Assembly (NCBI GenBank): GCA_964016885.1 | Contig: OZ024742.1 | Location: 27,776,001 to 27,840,000, forward strand | Reading direction: 5' to 3' | Length of the DNA stretch: 64,000 nt | Origin: Eledone cirrhosa | Lineage: Eukaryota | In this document: positions 51,950 to 64,000 of the stretch, piece by piece | Numbering within the stretch: position 1 is the first letter of the stretch | Layout of the letters: the number at the start of each line of letters is the position of its first letter | The notes under the pieces: generated by a model | What the model was told of the DNA's origin: nothing | Databases searched by the model: none | What the model saw: the letters and a program-made list of their open reading frames with translations, nothing else | Translations under genes and position numbers: made by a program

Positions 51950-53143
51950 TCATCATCAACGTATAACGTCCGTGTTCCACGCTTGCATGGGTTTGGACGG
52001 GGGTAGTCCCACTTGAGGCAAGAGTGATTTTCTTGCTCGCATAGGACTGTCTGGCAGGTTTTCTACAGTTGGATGCCCTTCCTAACACCAACCACATTTA
52101 CAGTGTGGGTCTGGGAGGTTTTTACCGTGTTGCCTACACGGCCACATTACAGCGTGGACTGTGTGTTTTTTTGTCGTGACACCTACACGATCTCATTTGT
52201 TTCGGCCTGGATGGCGCGGCACCAACATAACTTTACATAGAACGGGGTGGTGTGGATGGGGTGGGGGTGGTGGTGGTGGGACGGGGTGTATTTTGTTAGA
52301 GATGCCTACTGGCAAGGCGGGTCTTCTCTATTACTGAGTACCGCCAAAGGTCTCGGTCCAGTGACATTGTCTTGGTGAGGTGTAAGCGTGTGAGGTCGGA
52401 GTTTATCAGCTCGTCCAGGTTTTTCTGGGTCTGCCTATTCCGTGGCTACCGTCTATCTTTATTGCCCTGCACTTTGTTATACAGCTATCATCCTTCATGC
52501 GCATCACGTGACCATACCAACGTAGCCTTCTCTCTAGTAAACAACATCTGATCCCTCTTATTTCTAATTTTTTCCTTAGTTCGTTTATGCTTTGTCGTTC
52601 ACGTATATTACTATTACACATCCAGCGGAGCATGCAAGCTTCGTTTCTCTCTAGTCTGCGTATATCCTCTGCACACAATGCCCAGGTCTCACTGCCATGC
52701 AACATTGCTGTTCGTATGCAGGCATCGTACAGCCTGCCTTTCATTTTTAGGGAGAACCCTTTAGCGGCTAATAGTGGTATAAGCTCTCTGAACTTTTTCC
52801 ACCCAGTTCTGACTCTAGCTACTGTACTTTCAGAGCACCCTCCCCCACTGCTGATTTTGTCACCCAGGTAACGGAAGCTGCCCACTATTTCTATAGAACC
52901 CTCTGCGCAGTTGAAAGAGCTAGTATTTTGTGGGCACTTGCTGCTACTTATATCCCCAGAACACCGGCCACATGTAAAATCTATGTTCTTAGTTAGCTTA
53001 CCTGTGATCCCACTACATCTTTTATGCACCCAAACTTTGCATTTGGGACACAAAATGGAATTTCTACCTACGCCTATCCTACACTCTGTGCATGGCTACT
53101 TCCCGGAGGGGACCGCCGCCTTACTTTCTTTCTTACAAACTAG

Positions 53144-53145
<2 letters not shown>
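51950..53145 (-). mobile_element. RTE family A 3' fragment
   Basis: ORF 52406..53053; UTR and tail. Confidence 0.95.
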
Positions 53146-53175
<30 letters not shown>

Positions 53176-53232
53176 CATATATATACATATTTATACATAT
53201 ATATATATATATATAAAAGTGGATGCTCCGCT

Positions 53233-53276
<44 letters not shown>

Positions 53277-53277
<1 letters not shown>

Positions 53278-54270
53278 AAAGTTCAGAGAGCGTATACCAC
53301 TATTAGCCGCTAAAGGGTTCTCCCTAAAAATGAAAGGCAGGTCGTATGATGCCTGCATACGAACAGCAATGTTGCATGGCAGTGAGACCTGGGCATTGTG
53401 TGCAGAGGATATATGCAGAATAGAGAGAAACAAAGCTTGCATGCTCCGCTGTATGTGTAATAGTAACATACGTGAACGGCAAAGCATAAACGAACTAAGG
53501 AAAAAATTAGAAATAAGAGGGATCAGATGTTGTTTACTCGAGAGAAGGCTACGTTGGTATGATCACGTGATCCGCATGAAAGACGATAGCTGTATAACAA
53601 AGTGCAGGGCAATAAAGATAGATGGTAGCCACGGAATAGGCAGACCAAGAAAGACCTGGAACGAGCTCATAAATTCCGACCTCACACACTTACACCTCAC
53701 CAAGACAATGTCACTGGACCGAGACCTTTGGTGGTACTCAGTAATAGAGAAGATCCGCCTTACCTAACTACAAAGTAAAACCTACTACAGTCACTAGGCA
53801 TCTCTAACAAAATACACCCCCATCCCACCACCCCCACCCCATCCACACCGCCCCTTTCAATGTAAAGTTATGTTGGTGCCACAACATCCAGGCCGAAACA
53901 AATGAGATCGTGTAGGTGTCACGACAAAAAAACACACAGTTCACGCTGTAATGTGGCCGTGTAGGCAACACGGTAAAAACCTCCCAGCCCCACACTGTAA
54001 ATGTGGTTGGTGTTAGGAAGGGCATCCAGCTGTAGAAAACCCGCCAGACAGTCCACGCTGAAATGTGGTCGTGTAGGCAACACGGTAAAAACCTCCCAGC
54101 CCCACACTGTAAATGTGGTTGGTGTTAGGAAGGGCATCCAGCTGTAGAAAACCCGCCAGATAGTCCTATGCGAGCAAGATAATCACTCTTGCCTCAAGTG
54201 GGAAAAACCCCCGTCCAAACCCATGCAAGCGTGGAACACGGACGTTAAACGTTGATGATGATGATGATGA

Positions 54271-54272
<2 letters not shown>
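53277..54272 (+). mobile_element. RTE family A 3' fragment with UTR duplication
   Basis: ORF 53330..53767; duplicated UTR block at 54047-54160; (GAT)n tail. Confidence 0.95.
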
Positions 54273-54333
<61 letters not shown>

Positions 54334-54355
54334 TATACATATAAATATATATATA

Positions 54356-55417
54356 GTGAAAAATTGAACGGGAACAAAACAGAGAGGCAGTACAGCAAAT
54401 GTTTATTAATTTTACGCTCTTGAGAGTGGGGTGGAGTTGGGGAACGACGTTTTGGGCATAAGCCCTTCTTCAGGTGAAAAGTGTGTGGGAAGAGAGTTCA
54501 AAGGGTGAGTAGGGGAGTGGTGGAGAGACATAAAGCAAAAAGGGGGTGAGAGGAAATGGTGCAAATGAAATTAAAAATAAAGGGATGATCAAAATAAAAT
54601 TAAAATGGGGTAAAACAGGTGGTGGAAGGGTGTGGGGCGTGTAGGGGTGGTGACGGGTGGAGTGGGGAGAGGGAGAGGGGGTGTCCGAGCGGGGAGGGCT
54701 GAAGGTGGTGTGTGTGTGTAGGTGTACGTGTGTGTGTGTGTGTGTGTATGTGAAAGCAAGGGTTGGGGGAAGAACGGGGTTGCATGTTCAGGAAGAGGTG
54801 TGTGTGGGGTGGGGTGTAGGTCGGAGTGTGTGTGCGTGTGTGGATAGAGGGGTGGGGGGAGAGGAATCCGGAGGCTGAATGTGTAAATATGTGGTGGTAC
54901 GCGTGTGTGTGTGTGGTGTTTAAGCGTGTTGTGGGTGTAGGTGGCATGTGGGAAAAAAAATTATTTTTGGGTGTGGTGTGGGTGAGTCATAAAGGTGATG
55001 GGGTGGAATGCTTTGTAAAATCCTTGGATGTGGTGGATTCCAGGATCAAGGTTCACATACGTGTAATCCGTGAAGAGATTGGTCGGAAGAGGGGAGATGT
55101 GGGGTGCGCTACAGGAAGTGGTCAAGGCAGGAGGAGTGTTGTGTGTCTGTGTGTGCGGGTAGGTGGTCAGAGGGCATAGCAGCAGTAGGGTAGAATGGTA
55201 AGTGAAGGTGTGTTGTGTGTCTGTGTGTGCGGGGAGGTGGTCAGAGGGCATAGCAGCAGTAGGGTAGAATGGTAAAGGGGAGAGGATGGGTAGCTGTGAA
55301 AGTTGGAGTGAGGAGGGTGTGTGTGTGTATTAGTAGAGGTGTTAGTGGGATGAGTGAGTGTTTGAGAAAGGGTGTGGGTGGAGCGGAGAGAGAAGGGTGT
55401 GGGGGTCGATGGAGGGA
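54356..55417 (-). mobile_element. Penelope-like pLTR/3' element, longer copy
   Basis: Reverse complement of 50093-50853; hammerhead at 54446-54473 with GAAA>AAAA. Confidence 0.75.
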
Positions 55418-55920
55418 ATATATACATATATATATACATATACATATATATATATATATATATAAATATGTACATATATATGTATATACATATATATATA
55501 CATATATATACATATACATATTTATGTATACATAATTATATCGTTGAATTCTTTGTTTTGATTTGATCTTTATATATATCTTTCTCTCTTCTCTTTACCA
55601 GAAATAATAAATTTATATGTTGTCATTTCTATTTTAGAAATTATTTTTCTCTCTCCTTGTATTTCTTTTTAATTAATTAATTTTTTTTAGCAGCTGAAAA
55701 ATTAAATTTATCAATTATTCTCAAATATAAAAGCAGACAAAATTTGAAGAAAAAAATGGATTTCTATTATTTTTCCCACTTTTTTTTTTTAATAATATAT
55801 TTTGAAGACTTAATGAAGTTAGCTGGCTAAATTGCAAAAAAATGTCTAATAGAAGTGCTCACATTTTAGAAGGCTAACCATTGTCTTATCCTGTTGTTGC
55901 TTCTTTATTATACATTATAT

Positions 55921-55954
<34 letters not shown>

Positions 55955-56784
55955 CGTTTTCTTATTATTTTTTTTTTGTTTTGTATCTCTGTATGTTTGA
56001 TGTGTGTGTGTGTATGTGAGTGTATGAGTGTGTATATGGGTGGGTGTTTGGTATTTGTTGATTCCATCCATTAACCATTTCCAGCAAGCCACAGCTCTGC
56101 CAAGCAAATCTCACCAAACCAATATATATATAAAAGTCATTGTATGTCGACAGCTGCTACCTTTCTCTCTCTGTCAATTATATTCTTGATATATTCTCTC
56201 GAGACGTGAGATGTGTTTCTAAAGATTTCCATCTTGCATGAAAACAGGCCAACTTTTCAGTTAACTTCTGTCTATATTCTATATCCCACATTCAATACTA
56301 TAGACTAGGATGTTAACATGATCAATGTATGTACATTTATGCTATGTAATATATATATTTACATACATTTCTAGTAATACCATCGCTTGATACTTAAGCA
56401 TCATGGACATGGCCTTTTAGTGCTGCTCAGGACTTGCCTATACATACTTATGCATACATTACATAAATACATATATACATACATACATCTGACTATACCT
56501 TCAGATTTATACCTGTGGTTATTGGGGCACTGGGATATGTGTGTGTGTCAGTTTGCTGCATATATATATATATCATCATCATTTCATCATTTCATTTTTA
56601 CGTCCGCTTTTTCCTTGCTTGCAAGGGTGGGACAGGAACTGATTCTGGCTTGATTTCTACAGCTGGATGCCCTTCCTAACACCAACCTCATTTACAGTGA
56701 GTGCTGGGTGCTTTTTTTGCCGTGGCACCTCCACAACCACTTTGCAGTGGAATGATAAGGACCCTAGTCCTATCATCTCATTTC

Positions 56785-56920
56785 TTCAGCTGAGTAAACT
56801 GGAATAATGTGAAATAAAGTGTCTTGCTCAAGGAAACAACACATCACCCGGTCTGAGAATTGAACTCACAACCTTTCAATTGCAAGGCCAATGCTTTAAC
56901 CACTAAGCCATGTGCCTCCA
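56785..56920 (-). mobile_element. SINE family 2 head and centre
   Basis: gtgaaataaagtgtcttgctcaagg...taaccactaagccatgtgcc. Confidence 0.72.
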
Positions 56921-56954
56921 TTATATATATATATATATATGTATGATTATTACT

Positions 56955-57378
56955 GGGTGAAGAAGTGCTACATAATCCCAGAGGAAGGAAGTCGCAGTAG
57001 AGGAATACCAAGGTAGGAGGACCTAGATGGAAGGGGTGAGAGCTGATCTCAGATCTCTAAATCTCAATGATAAAGGAATGTGACAAATGGAGAGACATGT
57101 ATGGAACAATGGGCATAAAATAATGCAGATGATGATATATATATGGATGATGACCACAGGGTGAAGAAGTGGCAAGTAATCTTTGTTGAAGGAAGTCACA
57201 AGAGAGCACGACCAAGGAAGGAAGACCTGGATGGAGATGGTGAGAGCTGATCTTAGATCACTTAAGCTCATGAAGGACATGAGAAAGGAACACAACAAGT
57301 GGAGAGATGTTGTTTCTGAGAAGGACCTGCCCAACCTTTACAAGTGTAGAATAATGGTCAATAAATGATGATGATGAC
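56955..57378 (+). mobile_element. Two tandem 3' ends of a third RTE-type family
   Basis: GRKTWMEMVRADLRSLKL...KWRDVV with very short UTR and (GAT)n tail, present twice. Confidence 0.65.
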
Positions 57379-58026
57379 GATACATATATATATATAAAAT
57401 GGTGATAATGATGATGATGACGATACATATATATAAAATGGTGATAATGATGATGTCCTTCAAAACACACGCTACCACCTTTAAAAAAAAAAACATATTT
57501 GATAATGTAATCCTGTGTTTCTTGAACATTTGGAAAATACAGAAAGTTAACAATTGGAATGATTTTGTTTATCTATATAAAGAGGTTTCTTGATCAGGCC
57601 TGTCCCAGGGCTAAACAACAATAATAACAATGACAAGACATCTTTTTATATTTCTGTTTTCTGTCAACACATAGTGCCATATACACCTGCTCTAATTTCT
57701 AACATATAACCAACACATTATTACATATCACTAAATATATACATACACATATATAAACATACACACCACCACTTAATATATACATAGATGTATATAAACA
57801 TACACATAAACATACATACACACTACCAGTAAACATATACATCCATGTACATAGACATACAGATACACTCATCCATTCACACATGACCATTCACATACAT
57901 TCATATACACACATACACAAACATAGACACACACACAGACACACACACCAAAATAATCTAAGATCAAAGACAGAGATGATATTACCAAAGTAGACAGAGA
58001 AAAATATGAGAATGGGAAAGAAAGAA

Positions 58027-58073
<47 letters not shown>

Positions 58074-58605
58074 TAAAGAGACAGACGAAGAGATAGATAG
58101 AGAGATAGATATATTTCTTTATTTAGAGAGATAGATAAAGAGACAGATAGGTAGGTAGGTAGATAGATAGCTAAATAGATAAACAGACAGATAAATAAAC
58201 TGACAGACAAACAGATAGATAAAGAGATGGAGAGATGGATGGCGGGAAAGTGAATGACAGGCAGACAATCAAAGATGGGAGCGATATGGATGAAGATGGA
58301 GTGAAATGGTCAGTAATATATTTCTATATTAAACTTATAGTAAACATGTAACAGACATATGGCTCATAAATAAAAAAAAACATAAACCAGATGTGCAATA
58401 GATGCGTAACATTTATACAACAGATGTTCAACATATGTTCAACAGAAATATACCAAATATATGACAGATGTAACTATCAACTAAATAAAACAAATGTACT
58501 CCCAATACAGTCAATAGTTTCCATAAATATAACTGCATCTAATACTCTCTGTTGTTTGTGGTCTGTATTACACTTATAAAGCAATACTAAAGCACTATAT
58601 ATATA

Positions 58606-58925
58606 GTGAAGGCATGTGGCTTTGCGGTTAGGGTATTTGGCTGAAGATCATAAGATCATAAGTTTGATTTTCGGCAGCGAGCTGTGTCCTTGAGCAAGAC
58701 ACTTTATTTCACGTTGGTCCAGTCCACTCAGCTGGCAAAAGTGAGTTGTACCTGTAATTTGAAGGGCCAGCTTTGTCACATTCTGTGTCACACTGAATCT
58801 CCCTGAGAACAATGTTATGGGTGTTTGTGAAATGCTCAGCCAGTTGCACGTTAATTTCATGAGCAGGCTATTCTGTTGATCGTATGAACAGGAATACTTG
58901 TCATAATAACCGACAAGTACCAGTG
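58606..58925 (+). mobile_element. SINE family 2, near full length
   Basis: tRNA-like head (tggctttgcggttagg), CORE-like centre gtgtccttgagcaagacactttatttcac...cagctggc. Confidence 0.75.
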
Positions 58926-59214
58926 CTATATACAGAGGATTGATTGCAAGCTCAGTGGTTTCAGCTAGTTATTCCTTCCAGCCCTTGTCAGAAAAACACC
59001 TCGAATTGAAGGGAAAGGGAGAAGAGTAGGAAATAATAATGGAAAAGAAAGGGAAAGATGAGATAATAGAGAAAAAAAAAAAAAAATAAATCAATAAAAA
59101 AAACAATATGGCAAAAGGCTCTGTATTTAGTACTTCTCTGATTTGTGGTCTTCTCGATCCCAATACTGCAGACTATCGATGTGTATATATATATATAAAT
59201 ATATATATATATAT

Positions 59215-59613
59215 CATTATCATCATCATCATCATTTAACATCCATCTTCCACGTTTGCATGGGTTTGGACGGGAATTTTCCCACTTGAGGCAAGATTGG
59301 TTGTCTTGCTTGTATAGGACTGCCTGGCGGGTTTTCTAAGGCTGGATGCCCTTCCTAACAACCAACCACGTTTACAGTGTGGACTGAGAGGTTTTTACCG
59401 TGTTACCTACACGGTCACATTACAGCGTGGACTGTGTGTTTTTTTGTCGTGACACCTACACGACCTCATTTATTTCGGACTGGATCTTGTGGTACCAACA
59501 TAATTTTACATCGAAAGGGGTGCTGTGGATGGGGTGGCAGTAGTGGGACGGGGGTGTATTTTTGTTAAGAGGTGCCTACTGACTGTAGGTTTCGCTTTGT
59601 ACTTAGGCAAGGC

Positions 59614-59615
<2 letters not shown>
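59215..59615 (-). mobile_element. RTE family A 3' UTR fragment
   Basis: Matches 17593-17995. Confidence 0.9.
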
Positions 59616-59642
<27 letters not shown>

Positions 59643-59652
<10 letters not shown>

Positions 59653-60322
59653 ATGCTTTGGGAGGGTCATGTTCCCAATAAGAAACACACGCACCAGTTG
59701 CTTTCACTTCAATTTATTATAAATTAAATTTATAAATTTAGGAATTTATAAATTTCCAGTTGGTTGGTTGGTTCCACAACCAGACGATTTTTCATATATT
59801 GTCAAAGTTCTTTCGTCACACATTATGTGACCTCTTCAGTGACTGGGGATTATGTTCTTTGTTTTTGTGCCTCTCTTTGTTCTTACAATTAAAGACAAAA
59901 TGAAAACACACACACACATAGAACAAACAACCAACCAGTAACATGTAAATAAACAAATAAATAAACAAATATAAACACATAGACACCAGGATGTAACACA
60001 TGTGCAAACTAAGCACACAACACACACAAAAACAAGATGGCGTAGGACAGTACAAAGGAGAGGCACAAAAACAAAGAAAAGAATCCCCAGTCACTGAAGA
60101 GGTCACAGAATGTGTGACGAAAGAACTTTGACAATATATGAACAATCGTCTGGTTGTGGAACCAACCAACCGGAAACTTATAAATTTAATTTATAATAAA
60201 TTGAAGTGAAAGCAACTGGTGCGTGTGTTTCTTATTGACAACATGACCCTCCCAAAGTATAACAATATCGGTTTCAACACACGTTTTCAGATAAAGAATC
60301 TTGCTAAATAAATTCAGAAACG

Positions 60323-60323
<1 letters not shown>
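59643..60323. mobile_element. Head-to-head palindromic Penelope-like element with a hammerhead in each arm
   Basis: Arms 59643-59880 and 60052-60268; right copy extends to 60323; (TA)n flanks. Confidence 0.85.
60090..60132 (+). ncRNA. Type I hammerhead ribozyme (predicted); mirror copy on minus strand at 59801-59843
   Basis: gtca-CTGAAGA-g-gtcaca-gaatg-tgtgac-GAAA-gaac-TT-tgac. Confidence 0.82.
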
Positions 60324-60373
<50 letters not shown>

Positions 60374-60707
60374 CATACAGTCCTATAGGAGTGAGACACT
60401 GTCTTCCGATCAATCTTGCCTCAAGTGAGACAATTCTCATCTAACCCATGTTAACGTGGAAGATGGACGTTAAACGATGATGATAATGATATATGTTTCT
60501 GAAGAAGGCAGCCAATTGAACAGAGATTTTGAGACTAGAAATGGGTAGTAGCTTAACCACAACCATGCTAGTCGATACATCAAGCTCTTGTGATTAATCA
60601 ACTCTCTGAAAGGATCGTAAAACAATGAACTAACTACCTATTTTTGACTTTTTTTCATTGTCCTATGCACAAACACACAAACATACACATATATATATAT
60701 ATGTGTA

Positions 60708-60777
<70 letters not shown>

Positions 60778-60930
60778 ATAGTTTAGATGAGTTGATTGCA
60801 CAACCATTTAAGGCAAAGAATAATTCGAAGCTCAAATATGATATTATAATCCACAGCATGAAAGAAACATTTATAAATCAATTAAATAATTTAATTCTGG
60901 TTAATTTATTCATTTTATATATATATATAT

Positions 60931-61123
60931 AACGAAGGAAGTGTGCTAAGGAACAAGGTGGACCATAATGCACCAGAGTACTCAATACTTAGGGTAGTCA
61001 AGTGGGTAATAGGAAAATGTTCAAGACCCTGACGGCAGAGCTCAAGCCGCTTCCACGGCTATTTCTGTCCAAAAATAGCCGTCGAAACGGCTTGAGCTCT
61101 GCCATCGGGGTCTTGAACATTTT

Positions 61124-61127
<4 letters not shown>
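60931..61127. mobile_element. Palindromic mini-element, homolog of 6818-7033
   Basis: Same start aacgaaggaa; hairpin 61010-61127. Confidence 0.75.
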
Positions 61128-61166
<39 letters not shown>

Positions 61167-61394
61167 TGTCCAAAAATATGTATACACACCTCAACAGCAT
61201 TCTCATAAAAATGTATATACCTTTTTTGGTGACATCCTGTATATATATCCCAACTCATGCAAGTGTAGAAAAACAGATGTAAAAAGGATAATGATGATAT
61301 ATATGCCCAAAAGGAGGAGGTCTGGAAATGCTATTACGAGAAGTTGATGAATATGGAGAATGAGTTGGAGGAAGAGAAAGACTCCAGCTGACCC

Positions 61395-61945
61395 AATGCA
61401 GTGACCATGTATCAAAATTGACAGTTATAGCATTAAGGAAGCAATCAAGGAGATGAAAAATGGTAAGGCTGCTTGGCCATCAGAAATATTTGCTGAGATG
61501 CTGAAACCTTCTGGGGATGTAGGATTTGAACTAGTCACCTACATAATCAATCAGGTAATACAAGATGGAGTATACTACTACTGGTGTAGTAGTATACTCA
61601 TCAATTGTTACAAGGGAAAAGGGAATGCACAAGACCGGAGCAATTACAGAGACATAAAACTAATGGACCAGGTAATGAAAGTGACAGAAAGAGTCTCAGT
61701 ACAACTAATTAGGGAAAATGTAAACTTAGATGAGATGCAATTTGGTTTTGTGCCAGGGAGAAGTAATACTGATTCTCTCTTTATAGTGAAACAACTACAT
61801 GAAAAGTTCCTAGCTAAAAATATATTTAGATTTTGTTGATCTAGCAAAGGATTTTCAAAAAGTACCTTGATCGTTTATCTGGTGGTCCTTTAGGAAACTA
61901 GAGTTAGAAGAATGAGCCATGTACAAGCCATGTACAGAGGTGCTG
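61395..61945 (+). mobile_element. Old RTE RT fragment
   Basis: MKNGKAAWPSE...NYRDIKL...QFGFVPG with frameshift and stops. Confidence 0.88.
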
Positions 61946-61974
61946 TTTATATATACATGTATATAAGTATGTAT

Positions 61975-62270
61975 ATGGGAGGGGGCGGGGATAAACAGAA
62001 AAAAAACACATCAAAAGATACAGTACAATGAAGGTAACAAGTCAGTCAATCATATTGGTGGCCTCCCCACAGCCCCGGCAGACAGAATGGAGAAGGTGTT
62101 TCCTCGGAGGACAGCAAGAGAGACGCGCTGGAAAAGCCATTCCAGCTTGCGAGGCTCACACCTGCGGCTGGCCAGCTCAGCGCCTATGGTGGTGAGTAGG
62201 GAGGTAGCCCAAGGGATGAGGACACCAGAGGTCTCCACTGCCAAGAGCACAACCGCAAACCTGTCGGAGA
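61975..62270 (-). mobile_element. CRE-like non-LTR retrotransposon 3' end (restriction-like endonuclease C-terminus)
   Basis: AVETSG...WLFQRVSLAVLRGN..SIL motif typical of CRE-clade proteins; TA-rich flanks. Confidence 0.72.
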
Positions 62271-62560
62271 TATATATTTGTTTAATGTTTGAAAAATGTC
62301 TTTATATTTCAGACACTAGTCCTTCACCAGAAGATAGAATGAGAAATAAAAGAAAAAGTAGAAAGATGGAGAGTGAGAAGTAACAGGGAAAAAGTTTTTT
62401 TTGCGAAGAAGCATGTATATATATATTGTAAGGGCAAATATATATTTGTGTATGTATATATTTATGTGTGTGTATACATATACATATAGTCAATATGACA
62501 AAATAGCAAGGTTAACAACTTACATTCATTCTTTTAGTACTCCACTATAATCACATATAT

Positions 62561-62611
<51 letters not shown>

Positions 62612-63771
62612 GGTAAACGGAATAGAAAATGCTGACAAATTGTTCACAGTGAAAAATAGTTTAATTAGGAATAAGTGATAATTAGTAATAGTATTGGTTA
62701 GTATTAAGTTTGGGTTTTAAGTTTTACCGGTTGCGCATTTCTAATGCTTTTCAAAAATAACTTTGAGATAGAGCGTCCGTGATGTTTGCTCTGATCTATA
62801 TATATATATATAAATATATCATATATTGAGTTAGAAACTCAAAATAGTCTTTTACAATTAAATAGCTCAAAGAAGGGAATCTTTCTGAACACATGTATAC
62901 TTGCATTGGTGTTCATCCCTCTCATATATATATATATTAATTTCAACAATGGATGTTTATCAGCCTGGTGCTTATATCGCTTTCATTGGTGTTAAGTAAC
63001 TGAGAGTGCAAGTCTTACCCTGAACAGGTCACAAGTCCATCATAGGGTTAAGAGCAAACAGACAACCCTGTAATGTCTTTATGTTTATGAAGAGCATCCA
63101 GCCATAGAAAAACCATACCAAATATGGAATGTATGAGCAAAACAGGTTAACTTTACTGGTCTAGCCTTAGAAGATGACAGCACATTCAACCCAATAAAGC
63201 AGAGAAAATGGGCAATAAATGGTAATGATATTGATGGTATACAGATATATATACAAACATACACACACACACACATATATATATGCACACAAAGGCACAC
63301 ATATACGTAAGTTTATATATAGATACCTGAATATGAACATTCATATAAGTATGTAAAATATATATGCACACATATACATACACACACACGTATATATATA
63401 TATATATATATACACACACATATATATATATGCACACAGACACACATGTACCCACATACGCACACACATATATGTAAGTATATAAAGATACCTGAATACG
63501 AACATTCATATAAGTAAAATATATATGCATACATATCGACACACACATATGTATATACACAAACATACAAATATATGTGTGTAAATTATATACATACGTA
63601 CATAAAATTAGATACACACGCACACACACACACATATATATATATGCACATATATAGACACACATACAGTTTTGCAAACACACATATATATATATATACA
63701 CAAACATACAAATATATGCATGTAAATTATATACATATGTACAAAAAGATAGATATACACACACACTCATA

Positions 63772-63803
<32 letters not shown>

Positions 63804-64000
63804 CATATATATATATATTTACATATATTTATGCACACACTACACACACACACATGCACACATACATTCATGTTCAAACATACACACATGTACACACACA
63901 TGTTTACACACATACTACACACACAGAGTTATATAAGATAATGGAAGATACTCAAAATGAAAAACTACTTCATTTTTCCAATTTGATTGAAAATATTGAT

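Noticed and set aside
54961-55251. TDYTYVNLDPG peptide as a GIY-YIG C-terminus
   Set aside because: Preceded by low-complexity sequence, not an endonuclease ORF, and the frame is not kept in the 50093 copy.
60495-60600. CTGAAGA hammerhead candidate (also ~23075-23190)
   Set aside because: No convincing GAAA, stem I and stem III combination.

Overview
AT-rich, repeat-saturated eukaryotic DNA, intergenic or intronic. The repeat spectrum suggests a cephalopod such as Octopus (inference). I found no host protein-coding exon, rRNA or true tRNA gene. Most of the window is (TA)n, (TAA)n and (AAC)n microsatellite with retroelements nested in it: many 5'-truncated RTE-clade LINEs whose RT carries an inserted PHD finger, a near full-length but disrupted Tx1/L1-group LINE, Dong/R4-like and CRE-like remnants, two tRNA-derived SINE families, and piggyBac- and mariner-type DNA-transposon remnants. 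The ORF track misses a diverse set of short Penelope-like elements carrying type I hammerhead ribozymes, many arranged as head-to-head palindromes and one as a 483-nt unit with a terminal direct repeat (retrozyme-like). Element classes sort by microsatellite target, and one SINE family appears to share its 3' tail and ATTAT target with the Tx1-like LINE. All alignments and folds were done by eye.
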